From positions 1,798,001 to 1,862,000 of the forward strand of contig NW_024704743.1 of assembly GCF_018977255.1 (NCBI RefSeq): a DNA stretch of 64,000 nt, written 5' to 3'. This DNA is from Callorhinchus milii. Its lineage: Eukaryota. The position numbers were made by a program, and so were the translations under genes. This document shows, piece after piece, positions 1 to 11,735 of this stretch (position 1 is the first letter of the stretch; every line of letters starts with the position of its first letter). Under the pieces are notes generated by a model. The model made no database searches and had not been told where the DNA came from. It saw only the letters and a list, made by a program, of their open reading frames with translations.

Positions 1-436
1 TTCTGGCCGATAGAGAGACACCCGAACCTGAAACACTGCGATACGTCGATGATTTTGGCAAACGTTTCTCGCCGTGAGGTACTAGGGACTAAATTGGCGT
101 GGAGCCTTTGAAGCGACGTCAGCTTTGTGCCCGTGGAACATACGAAGGAAGCAAACACCAGCATCTCCATCCATTCAGGCCGTCATTTAGGTTCCCATTC
201 AGACTCCCAACAAAACAATTCCGATCCCCCTCCTCCTTGGTTATCGAGGTAATAACAACAACAATCCTGGCATTTGACACGGCGCCCGATCGCGTCTTCG
301 AGACGTCTCAAAGCGCTTCACGGGATAAAGTGAATTGACTGTGTATTTTGTGGGCGAAACGCGGCAGGATTCAGGGAGGGTTTCGGGGCGAGGCGGTGTG
401 AAAGCCCGGCCAGCGACGGTGGAACGGAGGGCGCTG

Positions 437-660
437 CAACAACAACAAGGTTGCATTTATAGAGCGCCTTCACGTCGGGAGGACGTCCCAAGGCGCTGGA
501 CAGTTGGGTCGGGACCCGAGCAAGAGGGGAAATGGTCAGGGTGAGGGGAGGGAAGGGAGGGAGCGAGGAGGGGGGAGAGAGTCGAGAGGGGAGCTGAAGG
601 CACGGTAGAGAGGAGCAGGAGACCGGAGCCAGTCGAGCGGAGGTTACCGGGTAGCGGAGT
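437..660 (-). mobile_element. L2 3' fragment; similar short L2 3'-end fragments at ~1530-1880, 10150-10465, 21770-22115, 25685-25990, 32740-32960, 35360-35565, 53500-53750, 60160-60300, 62890-63205
   Basis: Shared gcgcctt..cacgtc.ggaggacgtcccaaggcgctggacag tail and/or LKTxLFD coding remnant. Confidence 0.82.
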
Positions 661-3237
661 GGGGAGTCAGCAGCTCTCGTGTCTTGTAGATTTATCTGGT
701 GTTTTCAAACCTCCGTGTTACTGTGTTACCTTCCTGACGTGTGACTAATCCCGTGTCACTCACCCGTGTGAGATGAAAGCTCTGCAATTCCATAATATTA
801 AGCCTTCCTCGGGACGGAGCAGCTCCAGCTTATTCCGTGAACGTCTTTGAGGATTTTACTTATGCTGTTCGACATTTGATTGGAAGTGGGATCCGCACGC
901 AGGAACGGCTGGAAATTCTCAGCCGGCCGTGTACCATTTCAAATACTACTAATAATACTAATAATAATCCTGGCATTTGACACAGCGCCCGATCGCGTCT
1001 TCCGGACGTCTCAAAGCGCTTCGCAGAATAGACTGTAAAGTGGAGTGACTGAGTGTTTTGTGGGCGATATAACGACAACAACAGCAACTTGCACTTGCAT
1101 AGTGGGGTAGTGTCCCAGAGCGCTTTAAAGGAGGGAGAACAGAGAACAATCCAATGTTGTTATGTGTGGGGGGAGCCTTTAGCAATATATGATGTGCGGG
1201 CACTTAAGATGCATTAGACGCACAGACTCTGACTCCTAAAAGCTTCGAATCTCATCAGATCGCATCAAGGTATTCAATCCTAGTCTCGAATTACTGTTTC
1301 TGGGAGATTTTCATAAGGCAATAATTAGTTTATTGTCAGCCGCAGCTTTACAACTGGAAGTGAACAACACTATTAAACACTCGCGTAAACCCAGTTATTC
1401 AATTGGAACACCAGGCACTTCTGTGGCAAAGCATTTTGTTTCCTTCTCGTATCCGCGGCAGGTTTTAAGGGGGACATTTTTCCCCGCTCACTGACAACGG
1501 GCCTTCCACGAGGGGTGGTCTCTGATCCCCGAGCCAAGTGGGGGAGAGAGAGAGGGAGAGGGGGAGGGAGGGAGGGAGGTGAGAGGTGACCATAAACACC
1601 ATCAAAAAGGAAGGTCTTCAGGCGGGACTTCACCACGGACAGGGAGGGGGCGAGGCGGAGGGATTCAGGCAGAGACTGACTGAGTTTCGGGGCGTAGCGT
1701 TGTGGCTGAAGGCGCAACCGCCGATGGTGGAGCAGAGGGGACGAGGGGAGAACAGGGGGCCGGAGGCAGCGGGTGGTGGAGTCGGGGTGGTGGGGGGGTG
1801 GTGGGGGGTGGGTGTAAGCAGGTCGGAAGGGTAGGGAGGTGCCGGGGCATGAAGTGTTTTGCAAACGAGGGAGAGGTTCTTGAGAGGATTCGCTGCGACA
1901 GTGTATCCCGTGAGGCGCTTAGAGACGCCTCGAAGACATGATGGGAGGCGCTGTGTCAAATGCCAGGATTATTATTATTATTATTATTATTATCCCTGAA
2001 CCATATTCTGCCGTTGGGTTTGAGTCGTCGGGCTAGCTGACCTTTCCGGTAGATTGATGGCTCCTCGCCTCTCTGGTGACCGTTTAGGAAGCTGGATCGG
2101 TGGCAAATCAAGTTATGTGTAAATGTAATAGCGCCCAGATTGAGAGCAAGCTGCTCTGAATCATTTCACAGAATATTGAGGCCGAACGCGTGGTGTCACA
2201 GAGCTTCTCGAGAGCCATGTTAATTCAGTTTGCCGGCGCTGACATTTTAGAGCCCTGCCTTTCTCTCTGTGTGTGCAAACACAAAACACCAACGGCCTTT
2301 ACATCAACTTCAAAGATTATTTATTATTTAAATAATAAGGATAAGAATAAGCCTGACGTATACGGTGAAGCCTCTTTCACGTCAGGAGACTACAATAATA
2401 ATAATAATAATCTCTGCGTTTGATACAGCTCCTGATCACGTCGTCGAGACGTCTCAAAGCGCTTCACAGGATAGGCTATAAAGTGTAGTGACTGTGCATT
2501 TTGTGGGCTAAGTAATCCCAAGGCATTTTTATGATTATTAAATAATAATAAATTGGTTGCTCTGGCCACGGCTGTTTGTGGGGACGCTGCTGCGCGCAAA
2601 TTGGCTGCCGCTCTTTCGCCCGCAAAACACACGGTCGATTCGCTTGACAGTGCGTCCTGTGAAGCGCTTTGGGACGTCTCGAAGACCTGACGAGGCGCAG
2701 CACCAAATGCCAGGATTATTATTCTTATTGCCGCTGTAAAGGGCAGTGACTTTGTTTGTGTTTTGCGCGTGTGTGTTTTTTGCCATAAAGCGAGCACACA
2801 ATCTTACTTAAATGACCCACATTTGTGATCTTTTGGGGTTTTGTTTGTGTCTCTCGTTGCCGCTGAAGGTGACAGCGACTCACACACACACACACACACC
2901 TGAGATTTCACCTTTGCTGACATCGAGCTCGGGACCCAAATAGCCCCAAACTAAGCGGATTCAGGTTTCCTCTGACCCCCCCCCCCCCCCCCCCCACTCC
3001 CAAGACAATCTTCCATTAAAAAGCTATCGAGTTACTCATCTCACTGGAATTACTCGAGGCCGTGTTTGTCCAATTGGTTGCGTTCTGCTGAGCTGTGGAG
3101 AATGTGGTTATATCAGCGTTTACTTGGGGTGTGTCCAGCTGTAGAAGCATGCACTGCGTTAAACTTACGCCAGTCCGTTTGCCTGGATCTATCATCAGCA
3201 TCAATCGCCCGTCAAAGTGACCCGGAGGACAGCAGCG

Positions 3238-3264
3238 ATGGAGGGAGTTAAAAAGTTATGGAAG
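3238..3264 (+). CDS. Candidate additional DPP6 alternative first coding exon (MEGVKKLWK)
   Basis: Strong Kozak context gcgATGG, 9 codons, AAG|GTGTGT phase-0 donor compatible with exon 2, in a non-repetitive island. No homology confirmed. Confidence 0.4.
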
Positions 3265-4689
3265 GTGTGTAACCGTCCGTCCCCAAGGGCAGGAGCGGCA
3301 GCGTATTGTTTTCGTTCCGAGAGCTTAGAAAAAAAAGTGGGGCGGCTGGGAAAGAAAAGACAAGTCTCGACGACTGTGCGGTCGTAGGGCTCGCTGCCCT
3401 GCTCCCTGACACGCAACAGCAATCTGAGCAAGTCAGTCCTGTGTTGTAAATTTCAGTACAATAATAATAATAACAATAATAACAGTAATAATCCTTGCGT
3501 TTGATACAGAGCCTCATCACGTTTCAAAGCGCTTCGCAGGACCCACTGTAAAGTGAATTGACTGTGGGTTTTGCGGGCGAAACGCGGCAGCCGATCGCAC
3601 CCAGCGACGTCCCGTGGGTTGAAGTGACCGATTTATTATTATTATTATTATTATTATTATGTTTTTGGAAGAAATTATTACCCTCTGGAAAAGCATTATT
3701 GCATAATATATGGATCTTGTGTGTATATTTCAATTGGGATTCGCATGGTTCGAGACCAGGAAATCATTCTGCAGATCAGCAATATATATTTGTTTGTTGT
3801 GGGCGAAACGCGACAGCCGGTTGCGTTCCACCGTTATATTTCACGGGGGGCGATTTTTTTTTTCTCTGGGCTCACGCGTTCGAGGAGGGAATAAAGATCA
3901 GCACGAATGTTTGGGGCGTAAACCGGGAGTCTGCGAAGAGGTGGCTTTGCTCACGATTCGCGCGGAGATTGATCGCGTTGCCAGCGTGTCCGGCGGATAG
4001 AGGTAAGAGACGTGTTAGAGTCCTGTGTTTGGAGGCAAACAGGGAAATTTGATGATATGTATTGATTGCTGCGTTGATTTTGTACACGGCTGCTTTAGTC
4101 TTATACACTCCGCAGGCCCTCACCGGAGATAGTTTTCAGTTGTAAGCAAACTTAGGTTTTAAAGCCTTCGTGAGCGAAGCACACAGTCAAATTCACGTCA
4201 CGGTGTATCCTGTGAAGCGCTTTGAGACATCTCGAAGACGTGATGAGGCGCTGTGTCAAATGCCGGGATTATTAAATGCGAGGATTATTATTATTATTAT
4301 TATTGTAAGCCCTTTGCCAGTTCCCCTTCTGCTCATAAGATTCTACGCCTGCGAGATCAGGGACATAGGCTCAAAGACAATCGCAAGAGCCCCAAATAAT
4401 TTTTATTTTCACCCAGTGAGTAAGTTGTTGGGCTGTGCAATGCTCTGCCACGTAAGGTGGGTAGTAGGGAGAGTCCATTGCGGGTTTTAAGGAAGCAAGT
4501 AAAATAAATAAAAATAATCCCGACATTTGACACAGCGACGGATCACGTCTTCGAGACGCCTCAAAGCGCTTCACAGGATACACTGTAAAGTGAATTGACT
4601 GTGTTTTGTGGGCGAAACGCGGCAGCCAATTGCGCACAGCCATATACAGCCGCGGGTCGAATAACCAAATTATTATTATTTTTATTGAC

Positions 4690-4855
4690 TTTGAAGGCAT
4701 TATAACCCCCGCAAAAGTAGAGAGGTATATGAAGGTTAGAAGCGATACTGGGATAAGGCAGGGTAGTGGGATTGAATGGAAAGCTTGCTCCGACAGCTGC
4801 TGGTGAAGGCTTAATGGGCTGAAAGACCTTCTCCTGAGCTGTACATAAATATGAT
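4690..4855 (+). mobile_element. CR1-like 3' tail; related inverted copy at ~6220-6380
   Basis: Shared gaaggcattat...gcaaaagtaga.agg.atatgaaggttaga...atgggctgaa.g.cct sequence. Confidence 0.65.
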
Positions 4856-4862
4856 TCTATGT

Positions 4863-5227
4863 GGAGTCCTGTAGCTCAGGGGTTAGAGCCCTCGCCTCGC
4901 GAGCGAGAGGACCCGGGTTCGATTCCCGGGCAGGTCAGGGCCAGACATTGGGCAAGTTTCCTCACTCCACACACACCTCTGTTTACCGGCAGTCAGTAGG
5001 AAACCGGTAGTTAGTCGATTGGCGAATCGCTTTTCCGGGGTTAAAATTCCCTCAATATAAATAATAATAATATGGTCATTTAATCCGCGACTGTTTGTGG
5101 GGACACTGCTGTGCGCAATTAGCTGCCGCGTTTCGTCCACAAAAACATATACAGTCACTGCACTTCTCGAAGTCTCATAGGCGTGAAAAAGGCGGTGTAT
5201 CAAATGCAAGGAATAGTATTATGTTAT
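4863..5227 (+). mobile_element. tRNA-Ala-headed SINE (tRNA head, CORE-like segment, (CA)n, Deu-like domain, L2-type tail, (ATT)n)
   Basis: A box tagctcaggggttagag, B box ggttcgattcc; body shared with many copies in the window. Confidence 0.9.
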
Positions 5228-5534
5228 CGTATTGTCGACACAGCACAGCCAACGGCAAAAGATCTCCATGACCTCATCCTGTTAGCCTGTGAGCCTGTGG
5301 GCTTGTGTGCTGACACACCGGGAAGGAGAAATTCACAACGTGCGAGCGAGCGAGCGAGGGTGAAATTGTGAGTTTGCCTTTGTACAGTCCGTGTAACCCT
5401 TCAGTTGGACCCGGGCACCAGATGCTGCTGAGGATGAATTATTCATATGAAAGAGAACGGGGCAGAGGCACTAACCTGCTTGTTGCAACAACAAGATTGT
5501 AAATTATGTATTTCCTTCAGATGAGCTCCAGGCA

Positions 5535-5860
5535 GTAACAGACTGTAAAGTGAATCGACTGTACATTTTGTGGGCGAAACGCGGAAGCCAATCGCGCACG
5601 GCAGCGTCCCCGCAAACAGCCGTGGATTGAAGTGACCGAATTATTATTATTATTATTATTATTATCATCCCCGGAAAAGCGATCCAGCAATAAACTAACA
5701 ACTGGGTTCCTACTGACTGCCGGTAAACAGAGGCGCGCGTATGTGTGTGTGTGTGTGTGGAGCGAGGAAACTTGCCCAATGTCTCGCCCTGATCTGCCCG
5801 GGAATCGGACCCGGGTCCTCTCGCTGGCGAGGCGAGGGCTCTGACCCCTGAGCTCCAGGC
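5535..5860 (-). mobile_element. Same SINE family, tail incomplete
   Basis: Reverse complement of head and body. Confidence 0.85.
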
Positions 5861-6874
5861 CTCCATGAACATAAGGCTCCAGGATTAGACATGGGGAAAC
5901 CAACTCTTGTCTCAAAGGATTGGGGAAATAAGTTCATGTCTCAGTTACCTCATCAGGGCAGACAATTCCGTTTATAATGTCATAATGGAAAAGGCAACAG
6001 TTTTATCACGATCTTAAATTAAGCATTTAAGCACTTAATGCCTTTCTTCCCTTGTAATATACAGACCAAACAAATAGCTAGATCAGGGCCGAGACAAAAG
6101 AGTTAGGCAAATGTTCCGGATAATTTACCTAATCGCTAAACAACAAGATTAGTTTGGATGAAGAAAGCTCTTTCGCGCAATTCATCTAATCCTTCCTTCC
6201 ACTGACTCCGCAAGGAATCACCGAAATGTACGGCTCAGGAGAAGGCCTTCAGCCCATCGAGTCTTCACCAGCTCTCGGAGCAAGGCTCTTGGTTGAATCC
6301 TGCTGCCCTGTCTGATCCCAATACGGTTTCTAACCTTCATATTCCTGTCTACTTTCGCGGGGATAATAATGCCTTCGAAATATAGCCAGCCCCCCTTTGC
6401 ACAGGGCAGCATCTCAGAGCCCTACTTTGCCCACAAAATATACAATCAATTCACTTCACGGAATATTATCCCGAAGAAGTGATAAGGCGCCGTATCAAAC
6501 ACAAGGATTATTATTAATTATACTCTGAGCTAAGAAAACCTTCCAAGTTTCCTTACACCCCACACTTGCGCCTCTGTTTACCAGTAGCCGGTAGGAACCC
6601 GGTTGTTGGTAGACTGGCGGATTGCTTTTCCCGGGGGTAAGTAATCCCTTCAAAAAAATATCGAATTAAAAAAAAAATCATCACTTGGTCACTTCAACCC
6701 ACGGCTGTTTGCGGGGGACGCTGCTGTGCGCAATCGGCTGCCGCGTTTCGCCCACAAAATGCACAGTCACTACACTTGACAGTCTATTCCGTGAAGCGCT
6801 TTGTTTTATTTTAGGCAGGATTTAAAGACAGATAGAGAGGAGGGAGGTGAGATGGAGGGAAGGAGGTTAGAGGC

Positions 6875-6998
<124 letters not shown>

Positions 6999-7064
6999 GC
7001 CCACATTATACAGTGTGACATAGCAAAGCTACTTTGCGTCTGACCTCTGGGATGAGAAAAAAAA

Positions 7065-7800
7065 TCCATTAGAATCCATTAGAATATACAGCACAGAAAT
7101 AGGTCATTCGGCCCAACTGATCTGTGCCGGTGTTTATGCTCCACGTGAGCCCCTCCTGCCCTTCCTCAACTAAGCCTTCAAGCAAAGCCTATTCCTTTCT
7201 CCCTCATGTGCCTCTCCAGCTTTCCCTTAAATGCATCTATGCTATTTGCCTCCACAACTCCTTGTGGGAGGATGTTCCACATTCCCACTACTCTCTGTGT
7301 GAAGAAATGTCTTCTAACTGCCCTAGTGGATTTATTGGTGACTATTTTATATTGATGGCCTCTGGTTTTGTGGGTCTCCCCCACAAGTGGAAACATCTTC
7401 CCTATGTCGACCCTATCAAAACCTTTCAACATTTTAAAGACCTTTATCAGGTCACCCCTTACTCTTCTTTTCAAGAGAAGAGTCCACGTATGTTCAGCCT
7501 TTCCTGGTAGATCTACCCTCTCAGTTCTGGGACCATCCTTGTGAATCTCCTTTGCACCCTCTCCAGTGTCTCTACATCCCTTCTATAATGTGAGGACCAG
7601 AACTGCACAGTGTAAGTGTGATCTAACCAAGGCTGTATAACAGTTTAACATAACTTCCCTGCTTTTTATTTCTATCCCTTAATGGCCTTATTAACCTGCT
7701 TTGCTAGTTTTAGTGAGTTGTGTACATGTAGCCCAAGGTCCCTTTGCTCCTCTACCCCATTGAGGTTTTTATTTTCCAGGATATAGGTGACTTCCTTATG
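7065..7800 (-). mobile_element. CR1-clade LINE 3' fragment
   Basis: RRVRGDLIKVFKMLKGFDRVD...TRGHQYKI...FFTQRVVGMWN.LP..VVEA motifs of the CR1 ORF2 C-terminus; GGGCCGAATGACCT-type tail on the minus strand. Confidence 0.92.
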
Positions 7801-7990
7801 AAGCTACACAATTTGGTTTCATCGCATTCGAGGAAGGCGAGCCAATATCGTTGAGCAAAGTGAATTCAAAATGAGGCCTGAGACAAAGAGAGTGAGGCAA
7901 ATGTTCCAGATACTTTCCTTAACGTTTTGCCCACAAAATATACAGGCATTTCACGTCACAGTGCATTCTATGAAGCGCTTTGAGACGTCT

Positions 7991-9245
7991 CCCACCTCAA
8001 CCTTCAAGGCACTGTCCTTGAATGGTTTAGCTCTTACCTTTCCCACCGTCTTCACTTCGTCTCAACGAATGGCTTCTCCTCCACCCCCCGTACTGTCTCA
8101 TGTGGTGTCCCTCAGGGCTCTGTCCTCGGTCCCCTCCTCTTCACCCTCTATATGCTCCCCCTTGGTGACATCATCCGCAAACATGGGGTTAACTTCCACA
8201 TGTATGCGGATGACACCCAACTCTACCTTTCCTCCTCTACTCTCAACTCCACGACCACCGATGTCCTGACAGCTGCCTGTCCGACATCGAGTCCTGGACG
8301 AGAGACAACTTTCTTCAGCTCAACGTGCGAAAAACCGAGGCCCTCCTGATTGGCTCACGTCAGCGCCTCCGCACCTCAGGCGCTGACACCATCAGCATCC
8401 AAGGCTGCACTCTCCACCTCTCAAAGCCAGTCAGGAACCTCGGCGTTTTGTTCGACCCTGAGCTGTCCTTTCTCCCTCACATCCGCACCACAACTGGCAC
8501 CGCCTTCCATCACCTCCGGAACATCGCCAGATTACGGCACTACCTCACCCCTCACGCTGCTGAAACCCTGGTTCACGCCTTTGTCACCTCAAGGCTGGAC
8601 TATGGGAACTCTCTCCTCGCCGGCCTTCCCGCCACCTCCCTCCACACTGCAGGTCATTCAGAACTCTGCAGCTCGTGTACTGTCCCGCACCAGGCTCCGC
8701 GACCACATCACACCCACCCTCGCTCGCCTCCACTGGCTCCCCATCCCCCAGAGGATTGATTTCAAGATCCTCATCCTCACCTACAAGGCCATTCACGGCC
8801 TTGCTCCCTCCTACCTCTCCAACCTACTATCCCCCTACCTACCTGCCCGTACCCTCCGTTCCTCTGGCTCCGGTCTGCTCCACGTCCCCCGCCCCAACCG
8901 CCCTACCATCGGTGGTCGGGCCTTCAGCCTCTCAGCCCCAGGCTCTGGAACTCCATCCCCCAGTGCCTTCGCCGCTTCCTCCCTTTCCTCCTTCAAGGCC
9001 GGTCTCAAAACCTTTCTCTTTGACCGTGCCTTCAGCTCCCCTCTCGACTCTCTTCCCCCTCCTCGCTCCCTCCCTTCCCTCCCCTCACCCTGACCATTTC
9101 CCCCCTCCTCTCTCCCTCCCTTCCCTTCCCTCACCCTGACCATTTCCCCCCTGCTCGGGTCATGACCCAACTGTGCAGCGCCTTGGGACGTCCTCCTGAC
9201 GTGAAAGGCGCTCTATAAATGGAATCTTGTTGTTGTTGTTGTTGT
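7991..9245 (+). mobile_element. 5'-truncated L2-clade LINE (RT C-terminal part, 3'UTR, (TTG)n tail), frameshifted
   Basis: [17 protein letters not shown] (8203-8214), HAAETLVHAFVTSRLDY, LHWLPIPQRIDFKIL and FKAGLKTFLF motifs across several frames; terminal stem-loop followed by (TTG)n. Confidence 0.95.
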
Positions 9246-9359
9246 AATGAGGCACTATATCAAATGCAAGGATTATTATTAATAATACAGTATTTATAAG
9301 AAACCGTTACAGGAATAACGTTGCACTGGGCAGTTTGGGTTTCAGAGTTCGCTGGAACA

Positions 9360-9715
9360 TTTACTATCACGTCTTCGAGACATCTCAAAGCTCTTCACAG
9401 AATATATTGCAAATATATTTTGTGGGTGAAACACAGCCCCACGAACAGTCGTGGATTGAAGTGACCCAAATTATTTTTATTCGTATTTTTTGAGGAGGGA
9501 TTATTTCCCCCGGAAAAGTGATCTGCTAATCGACTAACAACCGGGTTCCTACTGACTGCCGGTAAACAGAGGCGCGTGTGTGTGTGGTGTGTGTGTGTGT
9601 GTGTGTGGAGTGAGGAAACTTGCCCAATGTTTCGCCCTGACCTGCCCGGGAATCAAACCCGGGTCCTCTCGCCTGCGAGGCGAGTGCTCTAACCCCTGAG
9701 CTACGGGACTCCACT
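9360..9715 (-). mobile_element. Same SINE family
   Basis: Reverse complement of head, (CA)n and body. Confidence 0.85.
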
Positions 9716-11714
9716 GGATGATTCTTGACGGGTTATCTATTCCACTTTCTTCCAAGGGAAAAAGAAAAAAAAAACACTGGATCCTGTGTCTCGCCTTTGG
9801 GCCTTTTCCTCTCGTCTCTCTTTATAGTTAGCGATCACGGTTTAAGTTAGGCAGCCTTTTTATCACTACATTTCCTTTTCCCAAAGGTGCTCCGTAATGA
9901 GCTACATCATGTACTTGCTCAGTCTTACGCTCACCGAATAAGAGTGGGTTGAACTCTCTCTCTCAGGGTTCTTGGATGGTGGAATAGGCCCCGTAATATC
10001 ACCCACAAACACACACAGACACAGACACACAATCAATCCACTTCGCAGTAAATCCTGCGAAGCGTTTTGAGATGTCTCGGTGACACGATACGGGGGTTAT
10101 GTCCACCTTCGGTAGAAGTGCTTTCACCAACCACGACGACGACAAGTGACAAAGTGACATTTACACCATGCCTTTCACGTCAGGACGACGTCCCAAGGAC
10201 AGTGGACAGTCGGGTGGGGTGGTGGGGGGGGGTTGGACCCGAGTTAGTGGTTGGCATCAGGAGGGGTGGAGTGCGGGGAGGGTAGTAGTAGGAGGCGCGG
10301 TCGAAGAGGAAGGTCTTGAGACGGGTCTTGACGGAGGTGAGGGTGGTGGGGGTGCGAGGCGGACGGACTGTGGGATGGAGTTTCAGAGGGTGGGGGCAGA
10401 GTGGGGCGGACAAGTCAGGGGGCATGAGCCAGGCCGAGCCCGCTGAGCGCAGGGAGCGGGCAGGTTGGTAAGCCCCGAAACTCTGGAGCTCTCTGCCTCA
10501 ATCCCTTCACTTTGCCCCCTCTTACCCCATCCTCAGATCACATCTGAAGACCTTACCCTTCGACCGTGCCTATGGTCATCTCCCCCCACCATTCCCCAGC
10601 TCGCTCTTAAACTCCGCCACCATCAAGAGCTCCGAGTAAAATTCCGGTTTGAAGGAGCTATGTGTAAAACGCAAGTCGTCGTTGTGCACCCAGTGCAAGG
10701 ATTATAATTTCGGATGAACTTGCACATGTCATCTCATTACAAGTCTTGTGATCGCCTCAGTCGTACGGACGCCTAAGTCCCATTCGTTTTCCGAATCCAT
10801 TTTTGTTTGATTGCTTTGCGCTGATCAGACTTTACAAGTCAGTTGAAGTCGTAAGTATATCTTGGCTAAGACGCAATGATTTCTCGGGCGCAAGTAACGT
10901 AAATCCTAATCGAAATATGTGTGTGTGATATATATATGTGTACAATTGAAATATATATACTTCATATATATAATATATATAATATAATCACGCTTTTCCG
11001 GAGGTAATAATTCCTTCAAAAAAAATAATAATAATAAGTTGGTCGCTTCAACCCACAGCTGTTTGTGGGACACCCCTACGGCTGCCGCGCTTTGCCCACA
11101 AAATATACAGCCAATTCGCTTTACAGTGCATCCCATGAAGCCCTTTGAGACGTCTCGAAGACGTGATCAGGCGCTGTGTCAAATGCCGGGATTATTATTA
11201 TTATTATCCATCAGTTGAGGACTGCCGTGGAGTATTGAGGACCTGCCTTGCTATGGTGAGCAAAAGACCTTCTCCTGCGCAGTCAAAATTCCTGCCCCCA
11301 CCAACTGCAGTCACCTTCGGTGTCTCAGGTTGATGGTTGATGAGGAGTGCCGGCTGTCACTGACCGTCCTTGGCCTCCACTGAAGCAGCAGCGAGTAGCT
11401 CAGGCTCCCTGTAATGAATCAAATGGAATCCTGCCTCTAATTGCCTTACTGCGGGGAGCAAAGAGGGGCTTTTGTGCTATTTATTAGCGCACCCCCCCCC
11501 GCCCCCCGCTTTCTTTTTCACGCTCGGGCCAATGAAAGGCGGTGATCAAAACCCTTCGATGTGCTGTCGCACGGCGAGTGCCACAAAGCCACAAAATGCA
11601 GTCCAGCCTTCTCGCAGGACATGGGGAGAGGGGGATTTAATACCTGACGTGCACTCAGGCATCTCCCCCCACCACCCACCCCCCGCCGCTATTGCTCCAA
11701 ACCCACCTCTTTCG

Positions 11715-11735
11715 TCTTGCACCACGGACAGCGCC
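11715..11735 (+). promoter_or_regulatory. RE1/NRSE (REST/NRSF binding site)-like element
   Basis: TCTTGCACCACGGACAGCGCC versus consensus TTCAGCACCACGGACAGCGCC: 18/21 with 17 contiguous matches, in unique sequence at a neuronal gene. Confidence 0.7.

Noticed and set aside
1625..1645. Partial RE1-like core CACCACGGACAG in an L2 fragment
   Set aside because: Only 12 core positions match and both flanks diverge from the consensus; likely chance within L2 sequence.
4866..4937. Apparent tRNA-Ala(CGC) genes (many copies)
   Set aside because: Each continues into a SINE body with no poly-T terminator and has an acceptor-stem mismatch; these are SINE heads.
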